This document shows, piece by piece, positions 8,873-17,743 of a stretch of DNA of 64,000 nucleotides. The first letter of the stretch is position 1. The number at the start of each line of letters is the position of its first letter. Position numbers and translations under genes: made by a program. Location: NCBI GenBank assembly GCA_944349765.1, contig CALVNN010000003.1, positions 5,786 through 69,785 of the forward strand, written 5' to 3'. This stretch comes from an uncultured Clostridia bacterium. Lineage in GTDB: Bacteria; Bacillota; Clostridia; Christensenellales; UBA1242. Under the pieces are notes generated by a model. That model worked only from the letters and a program-made list of their open reading frames with translations. It had not been told where the DNA came from and made no database searches.

Positions 8873-9559
8873 ATGAAATATTTTACGTGCTTAATTTTAA
8901 GTAATAGTGAGGGGAGGTTAAATAATTTAACTGAATTAGCTAAGACAAACGACTTTGTTGTAGTTAAGACACGTTCAGTTGTTGAGTTTATACATGCTGT
9001 GGGGTTTTATAAACCAGAATGTATTTTAATAGATGTTGACTCGTTTTCGGGAGATGATGTCATAAAATTGGTGCTAAACTCGGATAAAAAGTATTTGAAA
9101 GATGCTATTGTCCTTAGTGAGATTGAGCTAGACGGTTATACTTGCATAAATTTTGATAATGTGTCTAATATGCTTAATCTCAAAAAGACCGCTATTACTG
9201 AGAAAAAATTAATCAGTTTTACCGATGAGCAACTGTCTACCGCTAGTAGTGCCATTCGACAAAAGCTTATAGAGCTAGGATTTATTCCGAAATATAATGG
9301 ATTTCATATGCTTGCAGAGATTGTGTTGCTTTGCTGTATAAACCATGATAGTGCTAATATGCATAAATTCATTTTACCAGCTGTGGCTCATAAGTTTGAC
9401 ACGACTGTGAGCAATATTACGCAGTGTGTACGTAAAAGCATCAAGTGTAGAGATGTAAGGAAATATGATTATCCTTATGAAAAGCCTACGCTCAAACAAA
9501 TGGTAAAATATATAGATGAGTTATTGAATGATAAATTTTTGGAAATTATGCATAAATAG
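8873..9559 (+). CDS. Spo0A C-terminal (DNA-binding) domain protein with a degenerate receiver-like N-terminus
   Basis: Start moved to the ATG at 8873, downstream of a GAGGAG. GFHMLAEIVLLC...ILPAVAHKFDTTVSNITQCVRKSIK resembles the Spo0A_C segment KGYLYLREAI...[25 protein letters not shown]. In the N-terminus the acidic DD pocket is replaced by LSNSEG and the conserved Lys is absent. Confidence 0.55.
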   Translation: MKYFTCLILSNSEGRLNNLTELAKTNDFVVVKTRSVVEFIHAVGFYKPECILIDVDSFSGDDVIKLVLNSDKKYLKDAIVLSEIELDGYTCINFDNVSNMLNLKKTAITEKKLISFTDEQLSTASSAIRQKLIELGFIPKYNGFHMLAEIVLLCCINHDSANMHKFILPAVAHKFDTTVSNITQCVRKSIKCRDVRKYDYPYEKPTLKQMVKYIDELLNDKFLEIMHK

Positions 9560-9647
9560 CCAAATACCAACAATTTAACTTAAAATATGTTATTAAACAT
9601 ATATTTTGATTGTGTTAAAATTAAATTAGTCAAAGGAGGTGTCTATT

Positions 9648-9995
9648 ATGTCTAATGATTTGAGAAGACTGGCTCAATTAGCCAAAAAGCGACTTAATGG
9701 TGCGTCAAAAGAGAATGAAACAGCAAAAACTAATACATATACTTTGTATAACAACTTATATAAACATAACTATCAGATAAGGGTGGTAAGTGATAACGAC
9801 GATAAGCTCTATAGCAAGGTATGTAGTATATTAAGCGAAAATTTTGATAATCCGTATGTTCTGGCGGAATTGGTAGACAAGGAAGTATTTGCCACTCTTA
9901 ACGAAGATGAAAAAATGCGCTATATGTTAAATATAGTAGATAAGTATAGCAAATTAAAAGAAAAGTATGTCAAAGAACACAGAAATATTGGTTAA
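9648..9995 (+). CDS. hypothetical protein
   Basis: Start moved to the ATG at 9648, 7 nt after an AGGAGG. 115 aa, followed by the terminator at 10002-10032. Confidence 0.6.
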   Translation: MSNDLRRLAQLAKKRLNGASKENETAKTNTYTLYNNLYKHNYQIRVVSDNDDKLYSKVCSILSENFDNPYVLAELVDKEVFATLNEDEKMRYMLNIVDKYSKLKEKYVKEHRNIG

Positions 9996-10001
9996 ATTTA
10001 A

Positions 10002-10032
10002 AAATCTCTTGTTTATTTAAGAGATTTTTTTT
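10002..10032 (+). terminator. rho-independent terminator
   Basis: AAATCTCTT/AAGAGATTT stem followed by a T-run. Confidence 0.8.
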
Positions 10033-10062
10033 ATAAAAAGATAAAAAAATGTAGAAAAACGT

Positions 10063-10091
10063 TTGCAAAATATGATAGATGTGGTTATAAT
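10063..10091 (+). promoter_or_regulatory. sigma-A-type promoter (TTGCAA, 17 nt, TATAAT)
   Basis: -35 at 10063-10068 and -10 at 10086-10091, with a 17-nt spacer. It lies upstream of the small ORF at 10195. Confidence 0.55.
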
Positions 10092-10194
10092 AAAGACAAA
10101 TAACAAAAAATGTCTATTAGACTATCCGAGTTTAAGAGAGTTGCTGACTAATCTTAGGTAGGTCGAATAGACGAAATAGGGGGAACGTTAAAAT

Positions 10195-10350
10195 ATGAGA
10201 AATAGTTATATTGTGGGGGATGTAGGCTTTTTAGCTGTAAATTATAATAGTTATAAGTCCATACTTTTAACCTACTCAAATATAACTTGCACAACTACTA
10301 ACACTAACGGTGCTAGCGTTTTTGCTTTATTTAGACACATAGGACTATAA
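10195..10350 (+). CDS. small ORF (51 aa), or the coding-looking part of a ~280-nt small transcript
   Basis: The ATG at 10195 lies 10 nt after AGGGGGA. Translation: MRNSYIVGDVGFLAVNYNSYKSILLTYSNITCTTTNTNGASVFALFRHIGL. It falls below the ORF-track cutoff. It is bracketed by its own promoter and terminator. Confidence 0.4.
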   Translation: MRNSYIVGDVGFLAVNYNSYKSILLTYSNITCTTTNTNGASVFALFRHIGL

Positions 10351-10373
10351 GAAATAGGCCTAGTGTCTTTTTT
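10334..10373 (+). terminator. rho-independent terminator overlapping the small-ORF stop
   Basis: GACAC(A)TAGG pairs with CCTAGTGTC (9 bp, one bulge), followed by TTTTTTGTTATTT. Confidence 0.65.
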
Positions 10374-10394
10374 GTTATTTGCGTTCAAAATCCC

Positions 10395-10423
10395 TTGATG
10401 AATAAAAAGCGGGTTTGTATATA
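10395..10423 (+). promoter_or_regulatory. sigma-A-type promoter of the giant LRR gene (TTGATG, 17 nt, TATATA, with TG directly upstream of the -10)
   Basis: -35 at 10395-10400 and -10 at 10418-10423. An AAGGAG RBS at 10437-10442 follows. Confidence 0.5.
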
Positions 10424-10449
10424 CAATATAATAGTAAGGAGAGATGCAT

Positions 10450-13400
10450 ATGCAGAAGAGTAAAAAGAGTACGGTGATATTATCGGCAATAATGATAATA
10501 TTATCTGTATGCCTAATATTAGGTGTCACCTTAGCATATTTTACCGACACAAGACGAAGTGAAAGTGCAGTGAATTTTGGTAAGATAGAGATAAGTGTAG
10601 ACGAACCATTTTCAGAGGAGGTGACGCTAAAGGATGTATTGCCAGGTGACAAACTAACCGATGCTATTAAGTTTAGCAAAGCGGTAGATAGTGAACCTAT
10701 GTACATAAGGGCAAAAGTATCCTTTGAGTCAGATGATGCAAGTCTATCTAGTCTTATAGATGAGCTAAACACTTCAGCTATAGAGACTGTGGATGGGACT
10801 GACTATGTATGGAGTGGTAAGAAAGGTAAGTTTTATTATCTAGTAGAGGCAGGAGATACTAGTAGGGCTTTTGCTGTATGCGATACTAGTGAGATAACTC
10901 TAACTAACGCAATAGAATTACCTAGATCATTAAACCAAATGGCAGACTATGGTCAGTATTTCAAAGAGATTACGCTCAAAGTAGAGCTTCAAGCAATACA
11001 AGTGGCTAGTGTAAATAATAATATCATAGAGATAGACTCAGTGTTTGAAGAACTATTTGGAGAAGCTTATTATACCTTTGATAATCTCTATGAAGTGACA
11101 GGGAATACTATAACAGGTTTAAGCGAAGAAGCTAAGACCTTTAGTGAGCTTACAATCCCTACTAGCTATGAGAGAGATGGCGAGACAATTGACATTACTA
11201 GGATAGGTGCAAGTGTATTCCAAGATAATGAGAATATAGTTAGCTTAAGCATACCAGAGGGTATAACGGGTATAGGCGAGTATGCCTTTAACGGAGCTAC
11301 CAATCTAACTAATATAACACTCCCTACCGGTATAACTAGTATAGGTAGAGACGCATTTGTAGATACCGCATGGTACAATTCTCAAGCTGACGGGCTAGTA
11401 TACGCATCAGATTGGTGTATAGGCTATAAAGGTACAGTACCTACTACTTTGACATTTAGTGATACTTGTGTAGGTATAGCTGACTATGCCTTCTATAACT
11501 GTACAGAGCTAACCGGTACGCTTACTTTACCAGCAAATATCGTGTATATAGGTCAACACGCTTTTGACGGCTGTACAAATCTAACAGTAGTAGACTTTGA
11601 GGGTAATCCTGTGTCTACTCCAAGTGGAGCATATGCAGGTGTAAATAACGCTCAAGGTGAAAGTACTATGGCTTTGACCAGTATAGGTACAAGTGCTTTC
11701 TATAATTGTACATCTTTAAACGCAGTACATATAACCGACCTTAAAGCATGGGTAAGTATAAACTTCAGTAACGCACAGGCTAACCCATTATATGAAGCAG
11801 GTAATCTATATCTGAATGGTGAGGCACTAGTAGACTACACTATGCCTAGTGATATAACCAAGATACGAGCATACTCATTCTACAATTGCCAAAACATTAC
11901 TGGTACTCTTACTCTTAGCGAAGGAGTGAATATAATAGGACTAAATGCATTTAGTAATTGTTCTAATATGTTGACCTTATCCTTACCAGAGAGTCTCTGG
12001 ATAGTAGGTTACAACGCTCTAAGCGGATGTAGCAAACTAGTCCAAGTAGAGAATAAACCAAACCTATCTTTAAGTGGGCTACCAAACAACGCAGGACAAT
12101 CTGTAGCTACTGACGCTAGTGAATTTACCAATTCTATTAGTACAGTAAATGATAAGTACATAATACTAACAGATACTACAGGAACCACAACAAATAAATA
12201 CTTAGTAGGTCTAGTAGATACATCTATAACCGATGCTACAGATATACCAAATGATGTATCTTATATTTATCCAGATGCATTTAGTGCTAGTAGTAATCTA
12301 GATTTAGTATTACCTAGCGGTATTACAACGATATCCGATAAAGCATTTAATGGTATAGATCTAAAAAGTGTAGTAATTCCAGATACTGTAACTACTATAG
12401 GCGCTAACGCATTCCAAAATTGCACAAACTTAACTAGTATAACAATAGGAGATGGTGTAACAGATATAGGTGTTAGTGCATTTGCAAATTGTACAAACTT
12501 AACAAGCGTGACAATAGGACAAGGTGTAAAGAGTATAGGAAATTCAGCATTTAGTGGTTGTACAGGACTAACAGAGATAAACTATAATGCAATAAATTGT
12601 GAAGATTTATCTGCAAGCCCATTTTCTAATGTGGGACAAAATACAGAGGGGATAACGGTAAATATAGGAGCAAGTGTACAAAGAATACCAGCATGTTTAT
12701 TTTATTCTGGCAACACAAATAACGCACCAAATATAAAAAGTGTCACAATAGGAGAAAGTGTAGCAAGCATAGGTGGTCAAGTGTTTTGGGGTTGTACAGC
12801 TTTAACTGAAATAAACTATAATGCAATAAATTGTGCGGATTTATCTTCTGGTAGTAGAGTATTCTTTCAGTCAGGACAAGCTACAGATGGTTTAACAGTA
12901 ACTATAGGACCAAATGTACAAAGGATACCAGCATACTTATTTTATGAATCTGGTTCAAATTTTGCACCAAAGATAACAAGTGTAGTGTTTGAAGAAGTAA
13001 GTCATTGTGAAAGTATTGGTAATTATGCGTTTAGGAGCTGCTCAGGTTTAGCTAGAGTAGTGTTGCCTTCAAATGTACATTATTCTACATACTCATTCTC
13101 AGATAGTACAGTAATTGTAAATATTAGTGATCTAGAAACTGAGTATAACAATGCATACTATCGTGGCGTAGGGGATAATCCTTACCATACTCTAGTGATA
13201 TCAAAAGATACTTCTATAACTAGTTGTCAAATACACCCTGATACAGTAGTAATAGCTGAAGAAGCATTTTATAATTGTAGGAATTTAGAAAGTGTCGTAT
13301 TTGAGGGAAATAAATGCACAACTATAGGAGATTATGCTTTCTATTATTGTAGTAATTTAAATATAGAATTACCAAGCAGTTTAACGATTATAGGTGAAAA

Positions 13401-16400
13401 TGCATTTAGATATTGTAATAGTATAACTAGCATTAAAATTCCTGAAAATGTAAGTAGTATAGGCGAATATGCTTTTTACAATTGTGAAGGGTTAACAAGT
13501 ATAGAAATACCAGAAAATGTAACGAGTATAGGTCGTTCTGCATTTTTAGCTTGTTACGCCTTAACAGAAATTAAGTACAATGCAATAAATTGTAGCGATT
13601 TAGCTTCTGATAGTGCTATATTCCAAAGTTCAGGACGAGACACAAATGGAATTACAGTAACAATAGGAGCAAGTGTGCAAAGCATACCAGCTTATATATT
13701 TAATGGAGTGTCAAAGATAACTAGCGTAGTGTTTGAAGGGGAAAGTCAGTGTATAAGCATAGGGAATTATGCATTTAATGGGTGTTCAGCTTTAACCAGT
13801 ATAAGTATTCCTGATAAAGTAATGAGTATAGGTGAAAATGCTTTCGGTAGTTGCTTTGGATTAACCAGCATAACAATCCCAGAAAGTGTAACAAGTATAG
13901 GTCGTAATGCATTCTATGATTGTACAGGATTAATAGAGATAAACTATAATGCAACGAATTGTGATGATCCAATTGATAGCATATTTATTTATGCAGGGAA
14001 AAATAATAGCGATGTTACGTTAACAATAGGGGCAAATGTTCAAAAGATTCCAGCATATTCGTTTTATAATTCAAGAATAACAAAGGTAGTGTTTGAGGAT
14101 GGAAGTCAATGTACAAGTATAGGAAACTATGCATTTAGGAATTGTAGTAATTTAACTAGCATAAGTTTCCCTAATAGCTTAACTACCATTGGAGATTACG
14201 CTTTTGCTGATTGTAGTAACTTAAATGGCATCACTATTCCTAGCACTATAACCGATTTAGGTGCAGGTGCATTTGATGGGCTTACATATACAACAGAATA
14301 TGATAATGCTTATTATTTAGGTGTGGGAGATAATCAATACTATATGCTACTCAAAGCAAAAAGTACCTCTATAGAAAGTTGCGAAATTAATTTACAAACA
14401 GTAGTTATTAATGCTAGTGCTTTTGAGGGATGTACATCGCTAAAAAATATTAGCATACCAGAAAATGTAAAAAGAATAGGTGCAAGAGCTTTCTATGGCT
14501 GTAGTGGGTTAATTGATATAACTATGCCAGAAAGTCTAACAAGTATAGGTGAGTGGGCTTTTTATAATTGTAGCAGTTTAACAAGTATTACAATACCTAC
14601 TAGAGTAGCAAATATGGGAAATTATGCATTCTATAATTGTACAAAATTAACAACAATAAACTACAATGCGGTGGGTTGTAATGACCTAGCTAATAATAAT
14701 AACGCTTTTAGATATGCAGGCAATTATGCAAGTGGCATAACAGTAAATATAGGAGCAAATGTTCAAAGAATTCCAGCATATTTATTTAATCCTTATAATA
14801 GCTCAAGTTACGCACCAAAGATAACAAATGTGAAATTTGCCGAAGGAAGCCAATGTGAAGAAATAGGAGATTATGCATTCTATTATTGTAGAAACTTAAC
14901 AAGTGTAACATTACCAGTAGATACGATTTATAGTTCGACTTCATTTAGTAGTAGCACTTCAGTTGAGGGTGGGTTTATTCAAAGTGACGCTGACGCTATT
15001 GAATATGACAATGCCTATTATTTAGGTGTAAATGGCAATCCGTATCATACTTTAGTAAAAGCAGTAAGTACCGATATAACTACTTGCACTATACATGAAG
15101 ATACTGTGGTAATAAGTGCTAATGCGTTTGAAAATTGTAGTAGTTTAACTAGTATAACAATTCCAGAAAATGTAGCAAATATAGGAAATTATGCTTTTAG
15201 AGGATGTACAGGTTTAACCGAGATAAACTACAATGCAACGAATTGTGAAGATTTAACATCTAATAGTTTCGTTTTCAATAATGCTGGTTCAACAGAAAAT
15301 GGATTAGGTGTCACAATTGGTGCAAATGTAGAAAAGATTCCAGCGTATTTATTTAGAGGCATTTCAAAAATGACAGGTGTTTTGTTTGCGGAAGAAAGTC
15401 AGTGTGCAAGTATAGGGCTCCGTGCTTTCTATGGTTGTACTGGTTTAACAAGTATAACAATACCAAAAAGTGTAACAAATATAGGAGGACAGGCATTTTA
15501 TAATGCTACAGCATTAACAGAGATAAACTATAATGCAACGAATTGTGCAGACTTGTCTTCTAACGCTGGAGCATTTTACAACGCAGGAAACATAGGAGGT
15601 GGGATACAATTAAATATAGGTAAAGGTGTGCAAAGAATACCAGCAAGTTTATTTGGTGTGCAACACTATGATAGCAACTTCGCACCCAAAATAACAAGTG
15701 TAACTTTTGAGGGTGAAAGTCAATGCGCAAGTATAGGCAATTATGCTTTCCAGTATTGTGATAGCTTAACGGATATAGTAATACCAGACAGTGTAACGAG
15801 TATCGGAAATTCTGCATTTTCTTATTGTATAGATTTACAAAGTGTAACAATAGGGCAAGGCGTAACAAATATAGACCATAATGCATTTAGTAACTGTACA
15901 AAATTAACTGAGATTCACTATAATGCAACTTATTACAATGACATATTATCTAATAATTACATTTTTATGCGCACTGGTTCAACAGAAAATGGATTAACTG
16001 TTACTATAGGTAAAAATGTACAAAGGATTCCATCATATCTATTTTATAGTTCAAATATTTCAAGCGTAGTATTTGCTGAGGGTAGTCAGTGTACAAGCAT
16101 AGGAATTTCTGTGTTTGGTAATTGCTCTAGACTTACAGAAGTATATATTTCAAGTATAAGTGAATGGTTACAGATGCAGTTTGAGGGATCCACCTCAAAC
16201 CCATTAGGTTATGCGAATAAACTTTATGTAAATAACCAATTAACTACAGAAATAACAATACCAGAAAATGTAACAAGTATAGGAAATTATGCGTTCTACA
16301 GTTTTACAAGCTTACAAAGTATAGCAATAGGTCAAGGTGTAACAAGCATAGGTAGCTACGCATTCTATAATTGTAATAATTTATCAACTATAACAATACC

Positions 16401-17691
16401 AGATAGTGTGACTAGTATAGGTAGTTATGCATTATCTAGTTGTACAGGCTTACAAAGTGTTACAATAGGACAAGGTGTTACAAATATAGAGAATAATGCA
16501 TTTTATGGTTGTACAAGCCTATCAGAGATAAATTATAATGCAACAAATTGTGAAGATCTATCTTCTGATAATCAAGTATTCTATAATGTAGGACAAAGTA
16601 CAGATGGCGTAACTGTAAATATAGGCGCAAATGTACATAGGATACCAGCATATCTATTTAATCCAAGCGACAATTCTAGCTATTCTCCTTATGTTTCAAG
16701 TGTAATATTTGATAACGGTAGTCAGTGTATCAGTATAGGTGACTATGCATTTGCTTATTCTAGTAGTTTATATGAAATAAATTTGCCAGATAGTTTGGTA
16801 AGCCTAGGTCATTACGCATTCTATAATTGTTATGTATTAACTGATATTACTATACCAGTTAATGTCAAAGCTATAGGTTATTGTACTTTCAGTAACTGTA
16901 TAAATCTGATGTCTGTAACAGTTTCAAGTACATTAAAGTATATAGATTTCAATGCTTTTTACGGATGTGATGGATTGTCTGAAGTGGTTTATAATGGAAC
17001 AGATGCAGAGTGGCAAGAATTAATAAACAATACAGAAAGTGGCAATGAAGACTTTATAGAGCACAACGGGACTATAAATCTTTATGATATGCAAGTAAAT
17101 GCGTATAGTGTAGATGGTAGCACCAAGACAGCATTTGATAATAATTTTGAAGTAATTAAGGCTGATGGAACTGTGGTAACAGATAATATACAAGTCTATG
17201 CTGGTGAGCGTATAGGTGTTAAGTTGTTTACTGAAGTTATAAACGGTAAATATTATCAAGTAAGCTCCATCAAGTTAAAATTGAGTGATGGAAGCACACA
17301 AACCATCAATGCAAATATAATAAATGCTATATATGATGAGAGTGAAATGTTCTACTTCTTTGTACCAGTTACAGTAAGTGGTGCAGTTAGTCTAGAGCTA
17401 GAGTACACTCCATTCCAAATATTAAATATTGATTTAACTTCCAGTCAAGCAAGCTTTTTGACTTATATTTATAAGACTGGCGGCGGTACGATGTTTGAAA
17501 CAATTCGTCTTAATCAAGAGAATTTATTTAAGTTGTGGAATGGCGAATATAGAGTAACTTTACCAGACTTTATAGGGACTATAAAATATGAAGATGGTTC
17601 AACAGCTGGGACTTTCACGACTACTTGTGATGGTACACAGATAATGATATACGTTGAAGGTGAAGATAATCCTAATGTTATCATAATATAA
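10450..17691 (+). CDS. giant secreted protein: SipW-type signal peptide, TasA/camelysin-like N-domain, BspA-type leucine-rich repeats (LRR_5), and a beta-rich C-terminal region
   Basis: The ATG at 10450 is preferred over 10444 because it lies 7 nt from AAGGAG. N-terminus KKSTVILSAIMIILSVCLILGVTLAYFTDT is followed by VLPGDKLTDAIKF (TasA has LKPGDKLTKDFQF). Dozens of repeat units of the type ITIPxSVTSIGxxAFxxCxxLTS follow. No LPXTG motif and no C-terminal TM helix. Confidence 0.8.
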   Translation: MQKSKKSTVILSAIMIILSVCLILGVTLAYFTDTRRSESAVNFGKIEISVDEPFSEEVTLKDVLPGDKLTDAIKFSKAVDSEPMYIRAKVSFESDDASLSSLIDELNTSAIETVDGTDYVWSGKKGKFYYLVEAGDTSRAFAVCDTSEITLTNAIELPRSLNQMADYGQYFKEITLKVELQAIQVASVNNNIIEIDSVFEELFGEAYYTFDNLYEVTGNTITGLSEEAKTFSELTIPTSYERDGETIDITRIGASVFQDNENIVSLSIPEGITGIGEYAFNGATNLTNITLPTGITSIGRDAFVDTAWYNSQADGLVYASDWCIGYKGTVPTTLTFSDTCVGIADYAFYNCTELTGTLTLPANIVYIGQHAFDGCTNLTVVDFEGNPVSTPSGAYAGVNNAQGESTMALTSIGTSAFYNCTSLNAVHITDLKAWVSINFSNAQANPLYEAGNLYLNGEALVDYTMPSDITKIRAYSFYNCQNITGTLTLSEGVNIIGLNAFSNCSNMLTLSLPESLWIVGYNALSGCSKLVQVENKPNLSLSGLPNNAGQSVATDASEFTNSISTVNDKYIILTDTTGTTTNKYLVGLVDTSITDATDIPNDVSYIYPDAFSASSNLDLVLPSGITTISDKAFNGIDLKSVVIPDTVTTIGANAFQNCTNLTSITIGDGVTDIGVSAFANCTNLTSVTIGQGVKSIGNSAFSGCTGLTEINYNAINCEDLSASPFSNVGQNTEGITVNIGASVQRIPACLFYSGNTNNAPNIKSVTIGESVASIGGQVFWGCTALTEINYNAINCADLSSGSRVFFQSGQATDGLTVTIGPNVQRIPAYLFYESGSNFAPKITSVVFEEVSHCESIGNYAFRSCSGLARVVLPSNVHYSTYSFSDSTVIVNISDLETEYNNAYYRGVGDNPYHTLVISKDTSITSCQIHPDTVVIAEEAFYNCRNLESVVFEGNKCTTIGDYAFYYCSNLNIELPSSLTIIGENAFRYCNSITSIKIPENVSSIGEYAFYNCEGLTSIEIPENVTSIGRSAFLACYALTEIKYNAINCSDLASDSAIFQSSGRDTNGITVTIGASVQSIPAYIFNGVSKITSVVFEGESQCISIGNYAFNGCSALTSISIPDKVMSIGENAFGSCFGLTSITIPESVTSIGRNAFYDCTGLIEINYNATNCDDPIDSIFIYAGKNNSDVTLTIGANVQKIPAYSFYNSRITKVVFEDGSQCTSIGNYAFRNCSNLTSISFPNSLTTIGDYAFADCSNLNGITIPSTITDLGAGAFDGLTYTTEYDNAYYLGVGDNQYYMLLKAKSTSIESCEINLQTVVINASAFEGCTSLKNISIPENVKRIGARAFYGCSGLIDITMPESLTSIGEWAFYNCSSLTSITIPTRVANMGNYAFYNCTKLTTINYNAVGCNDLANNNNAFRYAGNYASGITVNIGANVQRIPAYLFNPYNSSSYAPKITNVKFAEGSQCEEIGDYAFYYCRNLTSVTLPVDTIYSSTSFSSSTSVEGGFIQSDADAIEYDNAYYLGVNGNPYHTLVKAVSTDITTCTIHEDTVVISANAFENCSSLTSITIPENVANIGNYAFRGCTGLTEINYNATNCEDLTSNSFVFNNAGSTENGLGVTIGANVEKIPAYLFRGISKMTGVLFAEESQCASIGLRAFYGCTGLTSITIPKSVTNIGGQAFYNATALTEINYNATNCADLSSNAGAFYNAGNIGGGIQLNIGKGVQRIPASLFGVQHYDSNFAPKITSVTFEGESQCASIGNYAFQYCDSLTDIVIPDSVTSIGNSAFSYCIDLQSVTIGQGVTNIDHNAFSNCTKLTEIHYNATYYNDILSNNYIFMRTGSTENGLTVTIGKNVQRIPSYLFYSSNISSVVFAEGSQCTSIGISVFGNCSRLTEVYISSISEWLQMQFEGSTSNPLGYANKLYVNNQLTTEITIPENVTSIGNYAFYSFTSLQSIAIGQGVTSIGSYAFYNCNNLSTITIPDSVTSIGSYALSSCTGLQSVTIGQGVTNIENNAFYGCTSLSEINYNATNCEDLSSDNQVFYNVGQSTDGVTVNIGANVHRIPAYLFNPSDNSSYSPYVSSVIFDNGSQCISIGDYAFAYSSSLYEINLPDSLVSLGHYAFYNCYVLTDITIPVNVKAIGYCTFSNCINLMSVTVSSTLKYIDFNAFYGCDGLSEVVYNGTDAEWQELINNTESGNEDFIEHNGTINLYDMQVNAYSVDGSTKTAFDNNFEVIKADGTVVTDNIQVYAGERIGVKLFTEVINGKYYQVSSIKLKLSDGSTQTINANIINAIYDESEMFYFFVPVTVSGAVSLELEYTPFQILNIDLTSSQASFLTYIYKTGGGTMFETIRLNQENLFKLWNGEYRVTLPDFIGTIKYEDGSTAGTFTTTCDGTQIMIYVEGEDNPNVIII
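12571..16780 (+). repeat. nine divergent copies of an ~80-130-codon super-module inside the LRR gene
   Basis: The module reads LTEINYNA(I/T)NCxDLSS...G(I/L)TV(N/T)IGANVQRIPAYLF...APKITSVxFxxxSQCxSIGNYAF. DNA copies of the ATAAACTA(T/C)AATGCAA(T/C)(A/G)AATTGTG core start near 12571, 12811, 13570, 13941, 14657, 15222, 15521, 15913 and 16527. Three EYDNAYYLGVGDNPYHTLV modules start near 13141, 14296 and 15001. Confidence 0.85.
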
Positions 17692-17700
17692 ATAAAATCA

Positions 17701-17737
17701 AGATTTGCTTAAAAACAAATAAGCAAATCTTTTTTTA
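17701..17737 (+). terminator. rho-independent terminator
   Basis: Perfect 10-bp stem AGATTTGCTT/AAGCAAATCT followed by T7. Confidence 0.85.
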
Positions 17738-17743
17738 TTTAAT

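Noticed and set aside
10272-10772. 166-aa minus-strand ORF spanning the sORF, terminator and start of the giant gene
   Set aside because: It lies antisense to a region with clear plus-strand signals (promoters, RBSs, terminator and the signal peptide of the LRR protein). It has no RBS and a low-complexity Ser/Leu composition, so it is a shadow ORF.
12571-16780. Regularly spaced near-identical ~30-nt DNA cores that could superficially suggest a CRISPR-like array
   Set aside because: They lie in one continuous 7.2-kb reading frame. Their spacing is irregular (240-750 nt) and the intervening sequence is itself repeat-related. These are protein-coding LRR super-modules.
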